Positions 51,037-62,048 of a DNA stretch of 64,000 nucleotides are shown here, piece by piece. Every line of letters begins with the position of its first letter. Positions within the stretch are counted from its first letter, which is position 1. Source of the stretch: Candidatus Eiseniibacteriota bacterium. GTDB taxonomy: Bacteria; Eisenbacteria; RBG-16-71-46. A program made the position numbers and the translations under genes. Below the pieces are notes generated by a model. It was given only the letters and a program-made list of their open reading frames with translations. It searched no databases and was not told the DNA's origin. The stretch is taken from contig JANLWX010000065.1 of NCBI GenBank assembly GCA_031364845.1, forward strand, positions 1 to 64,000. The letters are read 5' to 3'.

Positions 51037-51936
51037 TCAGCTCCCGTGCAGCTCAGGAGTCGGCAGGCTCGCGAGCACGGCGGTGATCAGGAGCACGACC
51101 GCTGCGAGAAGCAACTCCGTGGTTGCCGAGCGGCGCAAGCCGACCGCGCCGGCTTCACTGCCCAGTCGCGGTTTCACGCGACGCCAGTTCCACGCGCCGA
51201 CCGCGACCACTCCCGCCACCACCACCAGCTTCGCGATCAGGGCGTAACCATAGGGCGTGGTCCACAGCGCGGCGACGTACTTGAGATTCAGCCATGCGGC
51301 AACCACACCCAGAAACACCAGCGCCCCGCTCGCAATGAGCGCGAGCGGCGAGAACCGGTTCACCATTTCCGCCACGACGGCCCCGCGACGGTCCGAAGAC
51401 AACCCGCTGCGCAGCACGATCGCGAGTCCCACGACGACGAGGACGAAGAGGGTTCCGATCCACAGCCCGCCTGCGAGCATGTGCGTCGGCTTCACCATTC
51501 GCGTCCACTCCCCGAACAAGGCGCCCCGCAACGGAATCGCGATGACGGCGAACACGGCGACCGGCCAGCCGGCCGGCCGGCGAATCGCGGCGAAGGTGAA
51601 GCCCAGGAGGGAGGCGATCGTGAGCCCGACCTGGATTGCGAGCATCGGAGTGCCGGCGATCAAGGCGGGCACCGTCAGTTGCTGTCGCGCGGCGTTCGCG
51701 GGAAGCCGGCTCGCGATCAGCATCACGTTGATCAGCGCGCCCATGAGCCCGAGTGCCGCGGCGCGCACGGAGATGCGTTCGAACACGCTGCGCTCGTCGG
51801 CGCCCGCGTGGCGGCCGGGCATGCTCCGGAGCACCGAAATCCACAGGCCCGCGGCTCCGGCGGTGAGGAAGGCGGCGATGAAGCTGGTCAGTTCGAGAAT
51901 CGGTTTCGGCCACTCGATCAGCGGTTCGGCTGCCAT
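51037..51936 (-). CDS. CopD-family membrane protein
   Basis: 'HMLAGGLWIG', 'RFS', 'TPYG..L.AK', 'ELLLA...TAVL'. Confidence 0.8.
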   Translation of the reverse strand: MAAEPLIEWPKPILELTSFIAAFLTAGAAGLWISVLRSMPGRHAGADERSVFERISVRAAALGLMGALINVMLIASRLPANAARQQLTVPALIAGTPMLAIQVGLTIASLLGFTFAAIRRPAGWPVAVFAVIAIPLRGALFGEWTRMVKPTHMLAGGLWIGTLFVLVVVGLAIVLRSGLSSDRRGAVVAEMVNRFSPLALIASGALVFLGVVAAWLNLKYVAALWTTPYGYALIAKLVVVAGVVAVGAWNWRRVKPRLGSEAGAVGLRRSATTELLLAAVVLLITAVLASLPTPELHGS

Positions 51937-52072
51937 GTTCGGACTCCAGGAAGTAGTGAGAACGAACGACCGCTACACTATGCACGAACGGCCCCGGAGT
52001 TTCCTCCGAGGCCGTCGTTCCCTCGCTCGTCTTCGCCGCCGCCGCGCGCCCGCGGGCGTCAGGCCAACCCGT

Positions 52073-54466
52073 TCACATCTGCCACAGGTAGCTGACCTTC
52101 GTGAAGATGCTGCTCTGGCTCGATTGTAGATCTCGCGTCTCTTCGCCGTTCAGTAGCGAACCGTAGCCCAGATACACCACGGTTCCCGGCCGCACGTAGT
52201 AGCTCATGAGCACGTCGGGGCTCAGCGTCTGCGAGCGCGACGTCCGCACGCCGTTCGTATCGAACCCCTGGCGTCCGCGCAGTTCGGTGATCCAGCGCAG
52301 CGACAGCTCCTTGTTGAACTGATAGCTCAGGCGCAGGCGCGGGATGAACACCTCGGCGAACTTCGAATCGTTCTCGCGCCACACGGTGCTCCCGCGCAGG
52401 AACACGCCGCCGTCGAACTGCGGGCCGAAGCGGAAGTCGCTCCATAGCTCCCAGCGCTGATCGCGGCCGCGGACCGTCTCGGCAAACACGACCTGGTCGC
52501 CCCACACGTAGAGTCCGCCGGCGCGAATCGTTGTGTAGCGCTCGCTGCCGGCCCACACCGCGTGGCGATAGATGTCGTCGAACTTCTCGCCATTGTGGCG
52601 GATCATGCGGCGCACGTGCTCCATGCCCGCCCACGAGTTCTTCGGAAAGTTTACTTCCTGCACCAGCGACAGGACTTCGTCGGTGAGCACCTCACGGTCG
52701 TAGGTGTAGTTGCGCTCGTAGTAGATCGGGAAGTGGATGCCGGTGTACCACTGCTTCTCCTTGCCCCAGATGTGCGGGCGCACGTAACCGGACACCGCGA
52801 ACAGATCGGTGCGGCGGATGAATCCCATGTCGGCCGAGAACTCCGGCGAGTAGCCCGACACCGTCGCGCCGAGGCCGAGCTTGCGCGTGTTGCGGGCGAG
52901 CTCGGTGTAGAACGTGTTGCCTTCGGTCTTACGCCCGGTCTGGCCCGCGACCTCGCCGGGCAGGTCCGCCTGCTCGGCCGGCGACAGTCCGGCGATCGCC
53001 GAGCGGAAGTCGTGATCGCGTCCCCAGCTGTGGGCGCCCTGGAATGTGAAGCTGTACTTATCCTTCCAGCTCAGCCGGCCATCGGCGCCGATGCCGCGGT
53101 TGTATTGGTCCTCGTGCGTGCGATCGCCCATCAGGAGCCCGACGTAGGAACTCTTGAACACGTCCTGCTTGAAGCGCGCGATCGTGTACTGCGCGCTCTG
53201 GTCGATGTAGGGATTGAGAGTGTTCGAGAAACCATCGATGCCGCGCCCGGCGCTGCGGTCGGCGGCATTGAGCACGCCGATCGACGTGCGTCCGACCTTG
53301 CCGGTGAGCTTTGCGCCGTACAGCGGATCGACGATGCGCCGCGTGTAGACCAGGCTGATCGGGCTGTTGAAGATGTCGCTGCCTTCGAGAAAGAACGGTC
53401 GCTTCTCCGGGAAGAAGATCGCGAAACGTTCATTGATGTCGACCACTCCGGCGTCGGCTTCGACCTGGCTGAAGTCAGGCGTCATCACGCCGTCGGCGAT
53501 CAGATTGCTCGTGAGCCCGACTTTGGCGCCGATGCCGAATCGTCCATTCGGCGCGTCGTACGTGAAGCGGTCGCCTTCGCGCGCGCCGAGCGTCGAAGTC
53601 GTGTGCGTGGGATTGATCTCGACGTTGCGTCCCGGGCGGATGCCGGTGAGGTTCTGAAGGCTGCCGATCTGCGAGTGATAGTTGTCCACGTTGCGGGAGA
53701 TCGGAGCCCAGTACATGTGCGTGCCGTCGCGGCGCACGTCGCGGATCGCATTGAATCCAAACGTGACCTGTTCACCCGGATTGAAGCGCAGCGTCTTGAA
53801 CGGGATCGCCATCTCGACGTCGTATCCATCACCGGTCACGCTCCCTTTGCTCGTGAATTGGAAGTCGGGAGCCATGTCGGTGTCGCGGCCCTCCTGATCG
53901 ACTCCGTCCATCTGGATGCCGAGCGGATTCGAGCCCAGGAAGAACGACCGCTGCTGGTCGTTATAAGTATCGATCGAGACGCCGACCCAGTCGCCCTGTC
54001 CGATCTGATCGCGCGGCACGACCGGAGCCTGCACCTTGCCCGGATCGTCCACCGCGTGAAACGCGACGTAGAGGTTGTGGTTGTCGTACATCACGAGCGT
54101 CGTGGTTCCGAGCGAATCCCTCACGCCCTCGACCGGCCGGCCGTGAGTGAAGGCTTCGAGGCGCGCCGCCTGCGACCACACTTCGTCGTCGAGCCGGCCG
54201 TCGATGCTCGGGCCATCGGTAACGTGCGGCGGGGAGAACTTGAGATTGCCGCCGGCTCCTTCGAGCACCAGCGTGGCGCGCATCCAGGGCGCAATCGTGA
54301 TCGATGCGCTCTCGGCAGGATTGGCCGCCGAGGCGAGCAACTCACGGGAATTCGTGGAATCCGGGCGGGCCGCGGACTTCTTCTTCGCTGCAAGCGCTTC
54401 TTCGGGCGTCGAGCCGAGTACCGCGGCGAGCGCGATCAGTGTGAGTGCGGGAGCAAGGGGCTTCAC
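52073..54466 (-). CDS. CBM9-like / DUF5916 outer-membrane protein
   Basis: GGAGG-GTG, signal peptide, 'IDGRLDD.VW', 'EMAIPF..LRF', 'PDFSQVEAD', 'FFPEKRPFFLEG'. Confidence 0.85.
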   Translation of the reverse strand: MKPLAPALTLIALAAVLGSTPEEALAAKKKSAARPDSTNSRELLASAANPAESASITIAPWMRATLVLEGAGGNLKFSPPHVTDGPSIDGRLDDEVWSQAARLEAFTHGRPVEGVRDSLGTTTLVMYDNHNLYVAFHAVDDPGKVQAPVVPRDQIGQGDWVGVSIDTYNDQQRSFFLGSNPLGIQMDGVDQEGRDTDMAPDFQFTSKGSVTGDGYDVEMAIPFKTLRFNPGEQVTFGFNAIRDVRRDGTHMYWAPISRNVDNYHSQIGSLQNLTGIRPGRNVEINPTHTTSTLGAREGDRFTYDAPNGRFGIGAKVGLTSNLIADGVMTPDFSQVEADAGVVDINERFAIFFPEKRPFFLEGSDIFNSPISLVYTRRIVDPLYGAKLTGKVGRTSIGVLNAADRSAGRGIDGFSNTLNPYIDQSAQYTIARFKQDVFKSSYVGLLMGDRTHEDQYNRGIGADGRLSWKDKYSFTFQGAHSWGRDHDFRSAIAGLSPAEQADLPGEVAGQTGRKTEGNTFYTELARNTRKLGLGATVSGYSPEFSADMGFIRRTDLFAVSGYVRPHIWGKEKQWYTGIHFPIYYERNYTYDREVLTDEVLSLVQEVNFPKNSWAGMEHVRRMIRHNGEKFDDIYRHAVWAGSERYTTIRAGGLYVWGDQVVFAETVRGRDQRWELWSDFRFGPQFDGGVFLRGSTVWRENDSKFAEVFIPRLRLSYQFNKELSLRWITELRGRQGFDTNGVRTSRSQTLSPDVLMSYYVRPGTVVYLGYGSLLNGEETRDLQSSQSSIFTKVSYLWQM

Positions 54467-54751
54467 TGCGGACCTCCGGGGGCAACGGCAAATGCGCGAG
54501 ACGACGCAGCATCTGACCGGCACGCTACTCAAATCGTTGGCGGAAATCTTCATGGATTCGACACGGGATGCCGAGCGCGGGGGATTGGTGACACCGGCGC
54601 CGGGTTTCGAGCGCCTGGGCGCCGCCGCTGCCTCATCGCGCCGCTGGGCCTTCATAAGAAATCAAGTCCCGCCGCGCGCGGGCCGATAACCCCCATGAAT
54701 CCATCCGGGTAACGCACCGTTCGGCGGAAGTCCTTGCGAAGAGGGTCATTC

Positions 54752-56284
54752 GTGTCCACCGAAGCCTCGCGCCACGCGCGCAATTTGTCCTCGATCCTGC
54801 TCGAAGCAGGGGTCGTCACGCCGAGTCAGGTCCAGATGGGACTCGAGCATCAGCTCGAGATGGGCGTGCGATTCGGCGAGGCCCTCGTCCATATGGGCGC
54901 GGCGAGCGAGAGCGACATCGGCTGGGCGCTGTCGCGCCAGCTCGGAATCCCATTCATCGATCTGCTGCCCGAGGCTCTCGACCGCCAGCTCATTGGCAGC
55001 TTTCCCGAGGCCACGCTGCGACGGCTGCTCGCATTGCCGGTGGTGCGCGACGACGATTCGATCTCCATCGCGTTCGGCGATCCCACCGACCTCGAAGCGA
55101 TCTCGGAACTCGAGACCCTCGCCGGTGTTCGCGTGATCCCGAGCGTGGCGACGCCGTCCTCGATCCGCGCGATTCTGGACCGCGTCGCGCGTGGCCACTC
55201 GGATCACTCGCGCATCGAACCGCACGTCTACTACTCGCGCAAAGGTGAACGCGCGGGGGCCGCGCTCCTCAACCTGCATCTGGGTCGCGCGATTGCCGCG
55301 GGCGCGACCGAAGTCCACTTCCTGCCCGCCGGCAGCACGGTCAGTGTGCGCTACCGCGTCAAAGGCAAGTTGATGATGGCGGGCTCCGAGCCTGCCGCCG
55401 CGATCGACGATCTCATCGCACGGCTCGAAGCGCTGGGCGGGCCGCTGTTCGAAGGCGATGTGCTCCATGCTTCCGGCCGGGTGACGTATCCGATGGGTGA
55501 TCAGGAGCGGGAGATCGAAGTCTCGCTGCTCGGCTGCGAAGAGGGGCTCGCGGTGCGGCTCGGCCTCGCAACCGCATCGCCCGCCCTGCCACTCGAAAAG
55601 CTCGGATTCGACCCGCTGGATCTTTCGCGGCTTCGTTCGGTGCTCGATCAGCCGGCCGGGCTCGTGCTCGTCTCGGGCCCTCCGGGATCCGGATGCTCGA
55701 CCACACTGCGCGCGCTGGCTGAGGCCTGCTCCGCTGAGTCGAAACTCACCGTGGCCTTCGAAGGCCATGGCGAACGCCCGTTCGGCGCCGGAGTGCATGC
55801 GCGCCTCGATGCCGTGCGCGCCCGCGAGAACTGGGCGGAAGTCTCGGTCGCCCAGAACGCGGACGTGATCGTGCTCGACGGCGTGCTGAATGGCGAATCG
55901 GTCGCCGGCGTGCTCGCGAGCTCGGTCTCGGGCCGCCGGCTGCTCGCCTCCACCGACTGGTGCGACAGCTTTGCGCTGCTCGACTATCTGATGACGCGCC
56001 CCGCGGGCGCTGCGGCGATCGCCGACCGGCTCCACGCGGTGATCGAGCAGCGCATGCTCGAGCCCGATGGCGAGCGCACGCCGATGACATCCACACCCAG
56101 GCCGCTGTTCGAAGTTCTGTTCGTGAGCGATCCCATGCGCGAGCGCCTGCGCTCGGGCGCGCGGATCTCCGACCTTCACGCACTCGCCCGGGCCGACGGA
56201 CACCGTCGCCTCGCCGATCGTGTTCGCTCGCTCGTCGAGGACGGCCGCATTTCTGCGGCCGCCGCCTCGCGGCTGCTGGCCTGA
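54752..56284 (+). CDS. GspE/PilB-like protein with degenerate ATPase motifs
   Basis: MshEN-like N-terminus; Walker A 'GPPGSGCSTT' (K>C); Walker B and His boxes eroded. Confidence 0.8.
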   Translation: MSTEASRHARNLSSILLEAGVVTPSQVQMGLEHQLEMGVRFGEALVHMGAASESDIGWALSRQLGIPFIDLLPEALDRQLIGSFPEATLRRLLALPVVRDDDSISIAFGDPTDLEAISELETLAGVRVIPSVATPSSIRAILDRVARGHSDHSRIEPHVYYSRKGERAGAALLNLHLGRAIAAGATEVHFLPAGSTVSVRYRVKGKLMMAGSEPAAAIDDLIARLEALGGPLFEGDVLHASGRVTYPMGDQEREIEVSLLGCEEGLAVRLGLATASPALPLEKLGFDPLDLSRLRSVLDQPAGLVLVSGPPGSGCSTTLRALAEACSAESKLTVAFEGHGERPFGAGVHARLDAVRARENWAEVSVAQNADVIVLDGVLNGESVAGVLASSVSGRRLLASTDWCDSFALLDYLMTRPAGAAAIADRLHAVIEQRMLEPDGERTPMTSTPRPLFEVLFVSDPMRERLRSGARISDLHALARADGHRRLADRVRSLVEDGRISAAAASRLLA

Positions 56285-56292
56285 GGTTAACG

Positions 56293-57447
56293 ATGTCCTT
56301 CGATCTCACTGCGCTGCTCGGATTCGCCAAGGATCAAGGAGCTTCCGACCTGCACATCTCGGCCGGCATGCCGCCGATTCTGCGGCTCAACGGCGAGATG
56401 GTGCGCCTCGAGATGCCGCCGTTCACGCGCGAACAGGCGCACGATGCGCTCTACGATATCCTGCAGGACGATCAGAAGCGCCAGTTCGAAGAGCACATGG
56501 AGATGGACTTCGCGTTCGAGATCCCGGGCCTCGCGCGGTTCCGCGCCAACATGCTGATGCAGTTGCGCGGCGAAGCCGCGGTGTTCCGGCTGGTCCCCAC
56601 GCAGGTGAAGACGCTCGAACAGCTCGGGATGCCGGATGTGCTGCGGCAGCTCTCCGAGAAGGAGCGCGGCCTGGTCGTGGTCACCGGACCCACCGGCTCG
56701 GGCAAGTCCACGACGCTCGCCGCGATGGTGAACTACGTCAACGAGAATCTGAAGGGCCACATCGTCACGGTCGAGGATCCGATCGAGTTCGTGCACGAAT
56801 CCAAGAAGTGCCTGGTGACGCAGCGCGAAGTGCGCGCGCACACGCACTCGTTCTCGAATGCGCTCCGCGCCGCTCTGCGTGAAGATCCGGACGTGATCCT
56901 GGTCGGCGAGCTGCGCGACCTCGAGACCACCCAGCTCGCGGTTTCGGCCGCCGAGACGGGCCATCTCGTGTTTGCGACCCTGCACACCAATTCCGCCGCC
57001 AAGGCGATCGACCGCATCATCGACATCTTCCCCTCGGGGCAGCAGTCGCAGATCCGCACCATGCTGTCCGAGTCGCTCGAAGGCGTGGTCGCCCAGATGC
57101 TGCTGCCGGCGAAGGAAGGCAACGGCCGCGTGGCCGCGATCGAAGTGCTGGTCGGAGTGCCCGCACTGCGCAACCTGATCCGCGAGGACAAGAACGCGCA
57201 GATCCTGTCGGTGATCCAGACCGGCTCGGCGCACGGCATGCGCAGCCTCGACCAGTCGCTGCGCGACCTGGTCATGCAGGGCAAACTGTCGCGCGCCGAA
57301 GCGATGAAGCACGCGTCGCATCCGAATCTGTTCGAGAACGCGGCCGCTCCGGGACAGGGATCATCGAACGCGCCCGGCAGCTCCGGTTCGGGACGTCCCT
57401 CGGCATCGGCTGAGCCGGCGAAGCGCCCCGGGCTCTTCTCCAAGTAA
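56293..57447 (+). CDS. pilT: Type IV pilus retraction ATPase PilT
   Basis: 'ASDLH', 'GPTGSGKSTT', 'EDPIE', 'LREDPDVILVGELRD', 'TLHTNSA', 'ALRNLIRE'. Confidence 0.93.
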   Translation: MSFDLTALLGFAKDQGASDLHISAGMPPILRLNGEMVRLEMPPFTREQAHDALYDILQDDQKRQFEEHMEMDFAFEIPGLARFRANMLMQLRGEAAVFRLVPTQVKTLEQLGMPDVLRQLSEKERGLVVVTGPTGSGKSTTLAAMVNYVNENLKGHIVTVEDPIEFVHESKKCLVTQREVRAHTHSFSNALRAALREDPDVILVGELRDLETTQLAVSAAETGHLVFATLHTNSAAKAIDRIIDIFPSGQQSQIRTMLSESLEGVVAQMLLPAKEGNGRVAAIEVLVGVPALRNLIREDKNAQILSVIQTGSAHGMRSLDQSLRDLVMQGKLSRAEAMKHASHPNLFENAAAPGQGSSNAPGSSGSGRPSASAEPAKRPGLFSK

Positions 57448-57456
57448 TCGCCGCCG

Positions 57457-58569
<1,113 letters not shown>

Positions 58570-58706
58570 CCTGCTGGTCCGCGCCCGCGCCGGCTGGTAG
58601 GGTCGTCGCGCAAAGCGATCAACATTCCGCCGGATCGCACGGTCGTCACTCCGGCATCGGGTAGTCGCTTCCACGCGTGCGTGGTGGCCGCCGAGGAGAG
58701 AGTCGT

Positions 58707-59549
58707 CTGAGCCCTTCCCGAGTCCCTGAAGGCCGCACGCGCGGTTTCATCGTCCCGATCGGCGGAGCCGAAGCGAAGGTCGGTGACGAGACCATTCTGC
58801 GGCGCTTCGTCCGGGTGTGCGGCGGCCGCGACGCGCGCATCGCCGTGATTCCGACGGCGTCCGAGATGTCCGACACCGGGCGGCGCTACGAAGAGATCTT
58901 CCGCGGCATGCGCGCCGCGAAAGTGTGGGTGCTGCCGTTCGACTCGCGCCCCGCGTGCGAGGACGAGGAAGAACTCAACGTCCTGCAGAAGGCGAACGGC
59001 GTGTTCCTGACCGGCGGCAATCAGCTGCGTCTGAGCACCACGCTCGGCGGCACTTCGGTCGCGAAACATCTGCGGCTCATGAACGCCGCCGGTGTGCACG
59101 TCGCCGGAACTTCCGCCGGAGCCGCTTTCCTGTCGGAGCACATGATCGCCTTCGGCGACGAAGGCGCGACACCGCACGCCGGCATGGTGCAGCTTGCGCC
59201 GGGGCTCGGTCTCACCAATCGCATCGTGGTCGATCAGCACTTCCGCCAGCGCGACCGGCTGGGCCGCCTGCTGACCGCGCTTGCGTTCAACCCGTTCGCG
59301 GTGGGCGTGGGCCTCGACGAAGACACCGCGGCGTTCATCGGACCCGACGAAACGCTCGAAGTCGTCGGCAGCGGCGGCATCACCATCGCCGATCCCGCTC
59401 ACATCGAATACTCCTCGATGGACACGGCGAAGCAGGGCGAGGCCGTGAGCATGATCGGCCTCAAGCTCCACGTGTTGGTGCGCGGCGGGACGTTCAACCT
59501 GCACACACGCGTGGCGCTGGCGAACGCTTCTGAGGTGGACGAGGCGTAG
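58707..59549 (+). CDS. cphB: Cyanophycinase
   Basis: 'PIGGAE', 'IPTAS', 'TGGNQLRL', 'GTSAGA', 'DQHFRQRDRLGRL', 'GLDEDTA'; start probably CTG 58707 after GAGGAG (alternative GTG 58677). Confidence 0.92.
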   Translation: MSPSRVPEGRTRGFIVPIGGAEAKVGDETILRRFVRVCGGRDARIAVIPTASEMSDTGRRYEEIFRGMRAAKVWVLPFDSRPACEDEEELNVLQKANGVFLTGGNQLRLSTTLGGTSVAKHLRLMNAAGVHVAGTSAGAAFLSEHMIAFGDEGATPHAGMVQLAPGLGLTNRIVVDQHFRQRDRLGRLLTALAFNPFAVGVGLDEDTAAFIGPDETLEVVGSGGITIADPAHIEYSSMDTAKQGEAVSMIGLKLHVLVRGGTFNLHTRVALANASEVDEA

Positions 59550-59566
59550 GATCTGGCATTCGCTTC

Positions 59567-59874
59567 CTAACGGTAGACGTCCTTGCGATGCCCAACCTTG
59601 ATGACGGTCACGACGATCCGCCGGTCCTCGACGTCGTATAGGACGCGGTAGTCACCCACTCGAATCCGGTACGTGTTCGTGCTCCTCTTAGCTTTGAACA
59701 ACCATCGGGGCGCGGATTGTTGGACAGCGCATCGATGCGTGCGCCCACGCGCTTTTGCGTCTTCGCGTCCAGCTCGGCGAACTCGTTCGCGGCCACATTC
59801 AGGAACTCGATCGAGTACGTACGTCTTTGAGACGTCGGGGCCGGCTCGCGTTTTGCCCGCGGTCCCTTGCTCAC
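59567..59874 (-). pseudogene. RelE/ParE toxin with a 1-bp frameshift near 59685
   Basis: N-half 'YSIEF...QKRV...NPRPDGCSKLRG' and C-half 'YRIRVGDYRVLY...KVGHRKDVYR' are in different frames. Confidence 0.8.
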
Positions 59875-59883
59875 GCGGCTGCC

Positions 59884-60138
59884 TCAGATGCCGTGACGCT
59901 TCTTGATCGCCTCCCACGTGACACGCTTCTTTCCTCGCTCGGCACGCAGGCGCTCGCGTACGGCTTCGAGGTCGACCTGGTCCTCGAGCTCTTCGAGCAT
60001 CTCCAGGTCAGCGAACGGGATGACCGCGAACTGTGGACGTCCATGCCGCTGCACAACGATACGTTCCCCATCATGGGCAACCCTCTCCGTGGTCTGGCCG
60101 AATTTTCTCTGAAATTCGGTTGCTTCAACGACATTCAT
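59884..60138 (-). CDS. Phd/YefM antitoxin
   Basis: GGAGGAG RBS; 'ATEFQRKFGQ..ERV...GERIVVQRHGRP.FAVIP'. Confidence 0.88.
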   Translation of the reverse strand: MNVVEATEFQRKFGQTTERVAHDGERIVVQRHGRPQFAVIPFADLEMLEELEDQVDLEAVRERLRAERGKKRVTWEAIKKRHGI

Positions 60139-60178
60139 GGGTCTCCTCCGGGGCGGGTGGGACGGCTCCAGATTACTG

Positions 60179-60221
60179 ATTATCCGTACAATACACAATA
60201 TCGGAATTATCCGTAAAATAC
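60179..60221. promoter_or_regulatory. AT-rich 16-bp direct repeat ATTATCCGTA(C/A)AATAC; candidate TA operator/promoter
   Basis: Copies at 60179-60194 and 60206-60221, just upstream of the antitoxin. Confidence 0.5.
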
Positions 60222-60333
60222 TTAACTTCATTCTTTGACGGACAGATCAGACCGGACTGAAATCGTCCTAAGCCACTCCGCAGTCACATGACGTGACGTC
60301 TCGCACTCTACGTAGCCGACACCGCGTCAGCCT

Positions 60334-60969
60334 CTATTTCTTGGTGTTGCGGCGGATCCAGCTTCGTTCGGCGACGACCACGGAGTCCCGCGCCGGGAGC
60401 AGTATTGGGACTTGGACCTCGTAACCGATCTCGTAGGGAAGTCCGAGGAAGGAGAAGACCCCGATAAGCCGGTCGCTTGCGGGGACCTCATAGAGACGGA
60501 TCATTCTGAGCGAAGGATCCAGAAACGTCTCGGCCGTTACTCTTCCTTCGCATGCGCCATTGAACCATCTCACGCTCGTGCGATAGCGGGGCCAGTTGCT
60601 GCCATGCCTTCTCAACGTGTCGAGCAGGACGACCTGGCTGAGTTGCGGAATGGTTGTCGTCAACCGCTCGCGAAGCGGCCTCAGCCCCCGCGTAACTGAT
60701 TTCAAGCGCGCCCGGTACATGGAGTCTTCGGACACTTCGACGCTCCAATCCAAGGGCATGAATCGATTCACTCCGCGTCCCTTCAGCCGAAGCACTGAGG
60801 GGGCGTACCCACTTTCATTCATGGATATGATGCGGAAGAACACGTCACCGGTCCTGGGCTCGTAACCGAGAGGCTCGGCGAGGTCGGGACCGCCGACGGT
60901 TGCGAGAACCAGCGCAGACGAGCAGAGCAACGCTAGTCCCGCCCATATGACAGTCTTCGCGGGTTTCAT
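60334..60969 (-). CDS. Secreted hypothetical protein
   Basis: Signal peptide; 211-aa ORF. Confidence 0.65.
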   Translation of the reverse strand: MKPAKTVIWAGLALLCSSALVLATVGGPDLAEPLGYEPRTGDVFFRIISMNESGYAPSVLRLKGRGVNRFMPLDWSVEVSEDSMYRARLKSVTRGLRPLRERLTTTIPQLSQVVLLDTLRRHGSNWPRYRTSVRWFNGACEGRVTAETFLDPSLRMIRLYEVPASDRLIGVFSFLGLPYEIGYEVQVPILLPARDSVVVAERSWIRRNTKK

Positions 60970-61018
60970 CGGCTGTTATCCACGGTCGGGTTTGTTTTGG
61001 CGGGCAATATCGCCGAGC

Positions 61019-61597
61019 TCAGACATCTGCGGCCTGCTCTCGGGCACGTCTCAAAAGGTCTGCCAGGTTGAGTTCCACGGCCCAAGAGTCGAGGTACGTG
61101 GTGTCCAAAGAGCCTCGTCGCGCGACCAAAATACCCAGAACGTCCCGCCACTGATGATCGGATGCCTCGCCGCCGAGGCGGAACCACTCGAGCTTGCGAA
61201 GGATGGTGTCTTCGGGACTCAACAACCTGATCGGCGGAGAGTCGGCTCGGCCAAGGAAGTGGTCGACACTGCGTCTGAAGGCTTCACGATCGTATGGTCG
61301 ATCCCCAACGATGAAGAAATCCACCTTGTACGGAGTGTCCAGTGAGATCGCGTTGAACGAACTGCGATGCTCGACTGCTTCTCGAATCGCTTCACGGCTC
61401 AGGTAGAATTCAGGCGCGAGCACTTCGGCCAATTTATCTAGCTTCCCAAGATCTGCATCGATCACGACATCGATGTCGACAGTGGTTCTTGGTTGTCCGT
61501 GCCACGAACTGGCAATCGAACCTGTGAAGTGATGGGCGATCTCGAGCGAGTCCAGAATGAGAGCGACCCTTCTGACCAAGTCCAGCGGCGAAGTCAT
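61019..61597 (-). CDS. Nucleotidyltransferase (DUF1814/MenT-like toxin)
   Basis: 'TGSIAS..HG.PR.T.DIDVV', 'SPEDTIL.KL', 'QWRDV'. Confidence 0.8.
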   Translation of the reverse strand: MTSPLDLVRRVALILDSLEIAHHFTGSIASSWHGQPRTTVDIDVVIDADLGKLDKLAEVLAPEFYLSREAIREAVEHRSSFNAISLDTPYKVDFFIVGDRPYDREAFRRSVDHFLGRADSPPIRLLSPEDTILRKLEWFRLGGEASDHQWRDVLGILVARRGSLDTTYLDSWAVELNLADLLRRAREQAADV

Positions 61598-61869
61598 GGC
61601 CGTTCGGTAGAGGGACGCTCGGGACGGATTCGATCGCGGTAATCGAGGACCTTCGTCGCGAGTTCTGATCCCAGGATTACCCGGAAATATTCTGCCTCGA
61701 GTTCCGATGCGCTCGCCTCCGGAAACCGCTCTCGAATGCCCGCCTGAACCAATGTGTGCGTCATGCGGGAGAGCGCATCCATCGCTTCGAGTTTCTGCGC
61801 TCCTGAGAGGCTACGGAGCACGCGCGCCTGAACAGCCCGGGCTTCAGGAGTCGTATCGCGAGAGAACAT
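61594..61869 (-). CDS. Small helical partner (Rv0078B/MenA1-like antitoxin)
   Basis: 'DTTPEA...QKL...AGIRERFPEAS..EL'; ATGA overlap with the NTase. Confidence 0.7.
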   Translation of the reverse strand: MFSRDTTPEARAVQARVLRSLSGAQKLEAMDALSRMTHTLVQAGIRERFPEASASELEAEYFRVILGSELATKVLDYRDRIRPERPSTERP

Positions 61870-62048
61870 GCGGTGAGTCTACTCGATTGCCCGCCTATCT
61901 GTTCACTCTCAGCCCTCCATCGATTGCCCGCAACGAACTGGCTCTGGAACTGTCCGCCCGGTGAGTCCACGCACGCCTCGCCGTGCTACTCTGCGGTCGT
62001 CCCGTACCCGCGCCCGCCTGCGCCCGCAACCCCTCAGGAGCCGCTCCG

